Assembly (NCBI GenBank): GCA_963715985.1
Contig: CAVQSP010000010.1
Span: forward strand, 64,001 to 128,000
Length of the DNA stretch: 64,000 nt
Reading direction: 5' to 3'
DNA from: an uncultured Thermoleophilia bacterium
GTDB taxonomy: Bacteria > Actinomycetota > Thermoleophilia > UBA2241
The position numbers were made by a program, and so were the translations under genes. Below are positions 59,902 to 64,000 of this stretch, one piece after another; position 1 is the stretch's first letter; each line of letters begins with the position of its first letter. The notes below the pieces were generated by a model. The model was not told the DNA's origin, did not search any database, and saw only the letters and a program-made list of their open reading frames with translations.

Positions 59902-60111
59902 TCAGCGGCCTCAGCCGTAGGACGTGTTGCAGGCCGGCGCCCCGCAGTTGGGGTCCGACAGCGGGCCGTTGCGCAGGTAGCTGCCGAACGACTGCTTGAT
60001 GTCCTTGCTGTTGCACTCGGGGCACTGCTTCTGCTTGGCCTTGATGGCGCCGCGGGTCACCAGCTGGAACTTGTGACCGCAGCTCTTGCAGCTCAGATCG
60101 AAGATGGCCAT
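59902..60111 (-). CDS. FmdB-family zinc-ribbon protein, probable C-terminal selenocysteine (...NTSYG-U-GR-stop)
   Basis: CKSC...CPEC ribbon; UGA at 59911-59913 followed by GGC CGC UGA and a SECIS-like hairpin. Ends at 59911 if the first UGA is a stop. Confidence 0.8.
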
Positions 60112-60308
60112 CAGCGGACCCCCACCTCGTCGCGGACGTATGAGAACACGCGGCACACGTCGGTGCAGGCGCGGCAGTCGGTACACAGCTCGTCGTCGAT
60201 GTGCGGTGCGCTGAAGATGTCGTCCTGGACGATCGCACCGACCGGGCAGAAGCGCACGGCGGGGCACGGGTGGTTCTGGGGGCAGGCGTGGACGTTGACG
60301 TCGATCAT
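60111..60308 (-). CDS. Small 4Fe-4S ferredoxin-like protein
   Basis: CPQNHPCPAVRFCPVGAI...CTDCRACTDVC. Confidence 0.88.
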   Translation of the reverse strand: MIDVNVHACPQNHPCPAVRFCPVGAIVQDDIFSAPHIDDELCTDCRACTDVCRVFSYVRDEVGVR

Positions 60309-60327
60309 GCGCTCTCTCCGGTGACGG

Positions 60328-60534
60328 TCAGTTGGCGGTGCTGAAGTGGAGCGCCCGGTAGAGCGGGCAGCATCCGGTGGCGGCGGTGACGAGCAGGACC
60401 GCGCCGAGGGACGCGGACAGCGCGCCGAAGGGCCGGCGATGGGTGGCGCAGGCCACGGCGCCTACGGCGACGAGGGCTGTGCCGGCTCCCGCGCGCACCA
60501 GCCTGTCGGGGGTGCTTTCGTTCTTCTCAAACAT
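60328..60534 (-). CDS. DUF2892 (YgaP-like) membrane protein
   Basis: NESTPDRLVR, two TMs, TGCCPLY. Confidence 0.88.
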   Translation of the reverse strand: MFEKNESTPDRLVRAGAGTALVAVGAVACATHRRPFGALSASLGAVLLVTAATGCCPLYRALHFSTAN

Positions 60535-60862
60535 GTGACTCCTGACTCTCCAGAATGTGGGCCTTGTCTGCCATCTCGCGGCCGACGATCTCGTCGATGA
60601 GCGCGCAGGCCTGCGAGAGGCGCCTGTCGACGACCTCCCACAGCACGCGACCGTCCTGGCGAGAGCGCTTCACGAGGCCCTCCCGCTGCAGCACCGCCAG
60701 GTGCTGTGAGACGTTGGGCCGGCTGACCTCGAGCGCCTCCGCGAGTTCGGTGGGCGTGAGCGGGTCCTCGCACAGCAGATGCATCATCTCGTGGCGTGTA
60801 GGGTTCGCGAGGGCTGCGAACACCGCGGCGTGGATCTCGTAGCGCTGTCGTTCCATACTCAT
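60527..60862 (-). CDS. ArsR/SmtB transcriptional regulator
   Basis: FAALANPTR, VSQHLAVL...GLV. Confidence 0.9.
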   Translation of the reverse strand: MSMERQRYEIHAAVFAALANPTRHEMMHLLCEDPLTPTELAEALEVSRPNVSQHLAVLQREGLVKRSRQDGRVLWEVVDRRLSQACALIDEIVGREMADKAHILESQESHV

Positions 60863-60868
60863 GCGGCT

Positions 60869-60905
60869 ATTGTATCCAAGTTTCGCAATTTCGCAACATG
60901 GAAAT
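60869..60905 (-). promoter_or_regulatory. Leaderless arsR promoter with probable ArsR operator
   Basis: TTGCGA-N16-TACAAT ending 6 nt before the ATG; overlapping TTTCGCAA direct repeat and ATTTC-N8-GAAAT inverted repeat. Confidence 0.6.
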
Positions 60906-60976
60906 CTAGTGAGCAGTGAAGTGGCTCCCCCAGAGGGATCCGGAAGACTCCAGAGCACTTCGGAAAGGCGAGAGAC

Positions 60977-61372
60977 ATGGACATGCAGGTCTACTTCCCC
61001 GGCGGCAAGCGCGTGTACGCGGACTACGGCGGGTTCACCATCGAGACCGACCAGCCTGTGCGCGGTGGAGGCGACGGCTCCGCGCCGGCCCCCTTCGATC
61101 TCTTCCTTGCGTCCATCGGGACCTGCGCCGGCATCTACGCGCTCGGCTTCATGCAGCAGCGCGGCATCGACGCGGAGAACGCGAAGCTGACGATGAGCAT
61201 GGCGCGCGACCCCCAGACGGGGATGATCGGCGAGATAGGCATCGAGCTGACGCTCCCCCCCGAGTTCCCTGAGAAGTACCGGGATGCCATCGTGAACGCC
61301 ATGAACCTGTGCGCGGTGAAGAAGCACATCCACAATCCGCCGGAGTTCTCCATCACCACGGTGATGAGCTGA
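60977..61372 (+). CDS. OsmC-family protein
   Basis: TDQP..GGGDGSAPAPFDLFLASIGTC...CAVKKH. Confidence 0.92.
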   Translation: MDMQVYFPGGKRVYADYGGFTIETDQPVRGGGDGSAPAPFDLFLASIGTCAGIYALGFMQQRGIDAENAKLTMSMARDPQTGMIGEIGIELTLPPEFPEKYRDAIVNAMNLCAVKKHIHNPPEFSITTVMS

Positions 61373-61968
61373 TGGCCGACGCGTTCGACCCGACTCACGC
61401 CGGCCGACTGGAGGAACCGGCGCGGCTCGAGGCGCTGCCGCAGGCGGCCGTCGTCTCGCTGCTCCGCCTGAGCGGCGACGAGGTCGTCGTGGACTACGGC
61501 GCCGGCACCGGCGTCTACACGATGGCCGTCGTGGAGGCTGTGCCGCGCGGCCGCGTCATCGCCGTGGAGGCGCTGCCGACGCTTGCGGACAAGCTCCGCG
61601 AGCGGGCAGCGGCCGTGCCGGGAGCGCTCGAGCGCCTGGAGATCGTGACCACCGACGCGAACGCTGTCGCGGCAGCCGACGGCGTCGCCGACCGCATCGT
61701 CATGGTCGACGTGCTCCATCACCTGTTCGACCAGCCGGCGGCGCTCGCCGAAGTGGTGCGGCTGCTGCGCCCGGGCGGGCTGCTCGTTATGGCGGACTGG
61801 GGCGACAAGCCCGCGCCCTGCTCGGCCCGCCCACTCGACCACGTGCTCGGCCTGGCCGCTGTGCGCGACATCGTGCGCGACATGGGCCTCGACGAGCTTG
61901 AGGCGCATGAGCAGGGCGACGGCCTGCCCTACCACCTCACGGTGGTGGCGCGGAAGCCGGCGGACTGA
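61372..61968 (+). CDS. Class I SAM-dependent methyltransferase
   Basis: VVDYGAGTG, VLHH, LRPGG, ADW. Confidence 0.9.
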   Translation: MADAFDPTHAGRLEEPARLEALPQAAVVSLLRLSGDEVVVDYGAGTGVYTMAVVEAVPRGRVIAVEALPTLADKLRERAAAVPGALERLEIVTTDANAVAAADGVADRIVMVDVLHHLFDQPAALAEVVRLLRPGGLLVMADWGDKPAPCSARPLDHVLGLAAVRDIVRDMGLDELEAHEQGDGLPYHLTVVARKPAD

Positions 61969-62026
61969 TGCGACGCCGCGGCGGCGGGTCTCCCCCTCGC
62001 CCGCCGCTGCGGCGCTGCTTCACCAG

Positions 62027-62278
62027 CTACACCGTCCTGCGTACGAACAGCCGCAGGTAGCCTGGCCCCTCGAGCGTGCCGAGGAACTCGTTGCCGGTCC
62101 GCTTGGCCCAGGCCGGGATGTCGCTGCCAGCGCCCGCGTCGGTGGCCTGGACCTCCATCACTCCGCCGGCGGAGACGCCGGCGATGGCTTTGCTGGCGGC
62201 CAGGACGGGCACCGGACACAGGGTGCCGCGGCTGTCGACGATCTTCTCGACCGGGATGGTTGTGAGGTCTTCAGTCAT
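62027..62278 (-). CDS. TusA/SirA sulfur carrier
   Basis: DSRGTLCPVP, ATD, DIPAW. Confidence 0.9.
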   Translation of the reverse strand: MTEDLTTIPVEKIVDSRGTLCPVPVLAASKAIAGVSAGGVMEVQATDAGAGSDIPAWAKRTGNEFLGTLEGPGYLRLFVRRTV

Positions 62279-62326
62279 GACCCTGCTGTGCGCCATGGCC
62301 GGCATCCTCAAACCAGCGGGCGGACG

Positions 62327-62737
62327 TCAGAACACCTGGACGACGTCCGCCTCCTCACACTTCACGATGTACTCGGCGATGCCGACGATGTCGTCGCAGA
62401 TGTCGACGAAGTCGTCGAGGCCGCCGGCGCCCAGCTCTTTCGGGCCGTGCCGCACACGTCGACTCTGCACCTTGCCGTCCGCGCGCAGCTTGCGCAGGTT
62501 CTCGAGGGGGTCCGGTACCGCGTGCTCGGCCATGCCGGCCCGCATCTCGTCGTGGAGCTCGGGCCGGTCCACGTGTGTGCCGTTCTCGGCGACGTCCTTG
62601 CGGAACGCGTAGGCGCCGCCGAGCAGCAGGTATATATCCACGTCCATGTCCAGGGCCACGGCGCCGCCGGTGACGGTGCTCGTGACGAGGAGCTTCTCCA
62701 GGCTGCCGCTGGCCAGCCCGATCGCCATCTTGCTCAT
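62327..62737 (-). CDS. DsrE/DsrF/DrsH-like protein
   Basis: SGSLEK, GAVALDMDVDIY, DIVGIAEY; the Cys motif (VCGTA) sits in an alternate frame. Confidence 0.8.
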   Translation of the reverse strand: MSKMAIGLASGSLEKLLVTSTVTGGAVALDMDVDIYLLLGGAYAFRKDVAENGTHVDRPELHDEMRAGMAEHAVPDPLENLRKLRADGKVQSRRVRHGPKELGAGGLDDFVDICDDIVGIAEYIVKCEEADVVQVF

Positions 62738-62849
62738 AGTGCCCCCTTTCGGTCCGCCTCCCGGCGGGACGTCGTCAAGCAGCCGACGCCGGCGGCGCCC
62801 CTCGCGGGGCGCCGCCGGCAGACGGTCGAACAGCGCGGTGCGGCGTCCG

Positions 62850-63989
62850 TCACGCGGCCTCGGCTGCCGCCCGGTTCTTGGCCCTCGCCGCGGCTGTCTC
62901 CTCCGCGTGCACCTTCACCGTCGAGAAGTAGATGGCCAGCGGCCGGTAGGCCAGGTGTGCCCACTTGCCGAACGGCACCTCGAGCACCAGCATCGGCACT
63001 ACGCCCATAAGGTGGATGATGTACATCACGTTGGCCGCCTCATCGAGGCCGGAGCGGTGCAGCAGGTTCTGCAGGACGCCCGTGACCGCCACCCAGAGCA
63101 GCAGGTAGAGGAACATCCAGTCGCTCTCGTGCGAGTGCTGGTGCTGGGGGCTGTCCTTCTTGATACGGCCGCGCAGGTTGATGATCACCGCGGCGATCAG
63201 CCCGATCGAGGCCAGGTACCCGAACGCGTGCACCCGCCAGTCGATCGCCGGCCCGGACTGCATCCTGTACAGGAAGAACATGATCAGCACGAGCATGGTC
63301 ACGTAGCTGAGCATCAGCGCCAGATGGATGGCCCACGGACGTTTGCGCTCACACTGGCGCATCTTCATCTGCGTGAAGAAGTGGTACGGCAGCTGGGGCA
63401 GGGCCGCGAGGTACGAGCCGATGCCGGCGCCCGAGCCGCGCATCACGAAGCGCCACATGCGCAGGACGTTGATGCCCAGCAGGATGACCAGGACGATGGC
63501 CATGGTCCAGTCGAAGCGGTGCACGTAGTGGGCGGGCAGGAAGGCGTTCTCGCCGTCGTACACGCTGAAGCTGCCGCCGTTCAGGATGCCGAACAGGATG
63601 AAGCCGACCGCCGTGAGCACCGCCGCGATCACGATGGCGATGATCTCCCAGGCGGGCGAACGGTAGAACAGCCCGCTGAGGCCGCTGAAGTCGTACTTGG
63701 ACGTGAGCCAGCGGCGCATGCTCATCATGGTCTCGCCGGGCTCGGCCTCCTTGGGGCACTGCTCCGAGCACTCGCCGCAGTAGTAGCACATCCACGGCTC
63801 GGTCTGGCTCTTGAGCTTGTCCTCAAGGCCCAGCTGCAGGGCGTGCATCGAGCGCCGCGGGATGATGGTGGACCCTTCCGAGTGCACGCACACCGCGGAG
63901 CAGTTGCCGCAGTTGAAGCACTTGTTGACGCTCTCGCCGCCGTAGGCCTGGAGCTCGTCGGCGAGCCCCGGTTTGATCTGTGTCGCCAT
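62850..63989 (-). CDS. QmoC-like protein (2x4Fe-4S plus cytochrome b-type membrane domain)
   Basis: CFNCGNCSAVC, CYYCGECSEQCP, about six TMs with His residues, PFGKWAHLAYRP. Confidence 0.85.
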   Translation of the reverse strand: MATQIKPGLADELQAYGGESVNKCFNCGNCSAVCVHSEGSTIIPRRSMHALQLGLEDKLKSQTEPWMCYYCGECSEQCPKEAEPGETMMSMRRWLTSKYDFSGLSGLFYRSPAWEIIAIVIAAVLTAVGFILFGILNGGSFSVYDGENAFLPAHYVHRFDWTMAIVLVILLGINVLRMWRFVMRGSGAGIGSYLAALPQLPYHFFTQMKMRQCERKRPWAIHLALMLSYVTMLVLIMFFLYRMQSGPAIDWRVHAFGYLASIGLIAAVIINLRGRIKKDSPQHQHSHESDWMFLYLLLWVAVTGVLQNLLHRSGLDEAANVMYIIHLMGVVPMLVLEVPFGKWAHLAYRPLAIYFSTVKVHAEETAAARAKNRAAAEAA

Positions 63990-64000
63990 TGTCTCCCCGC

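Overview
A very GC-rich bacterial chromosome segment. Gene content and leaderless promoters suggest an anaerobic Actinomycetota (Thermoleophilia-like; inference). It is probably origin-proximal, with a near-perfect parS at 955-970 and rsmG-parA-parB at 16.5-18.9 kb. Contents in order: a partial B12-dependent lysine fermentation operon (regulator-kamB-kamD-kamE-thiolase-kdd); htrA with a two-component system; two radical SAM enzymes; rsbW; DUF6421; a three-gene operon (alpha/alpha-toroid surface protein, MotA/TolQ/ExbB, DUF2149); a polyprenyl-linked glycosylation cluster; transporters; an amine catabolism locus with a non-pyrrolysine MttB and deletion scars; an ECF sigma/anti-sigma pair coupled to the FAS-II genes; and an ArsR/redox/sulfur-relay region ending in a QmoC-like gene. 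No rRNA, tRNA, CRISPR array or transposase was seen. Several single-base frameshifts look like assembly errors. The best leads are (1) the ExbB/DUF2149 motor with a surface receptor in an apparent monoderm, (2) a hidden FmdB-family selenoprotein candidate (UGA plus SECIS-like hairpin) and (3) ECF control of fatty acid synthesis. All family assignments come from reading motifs by eye, not from database searches.
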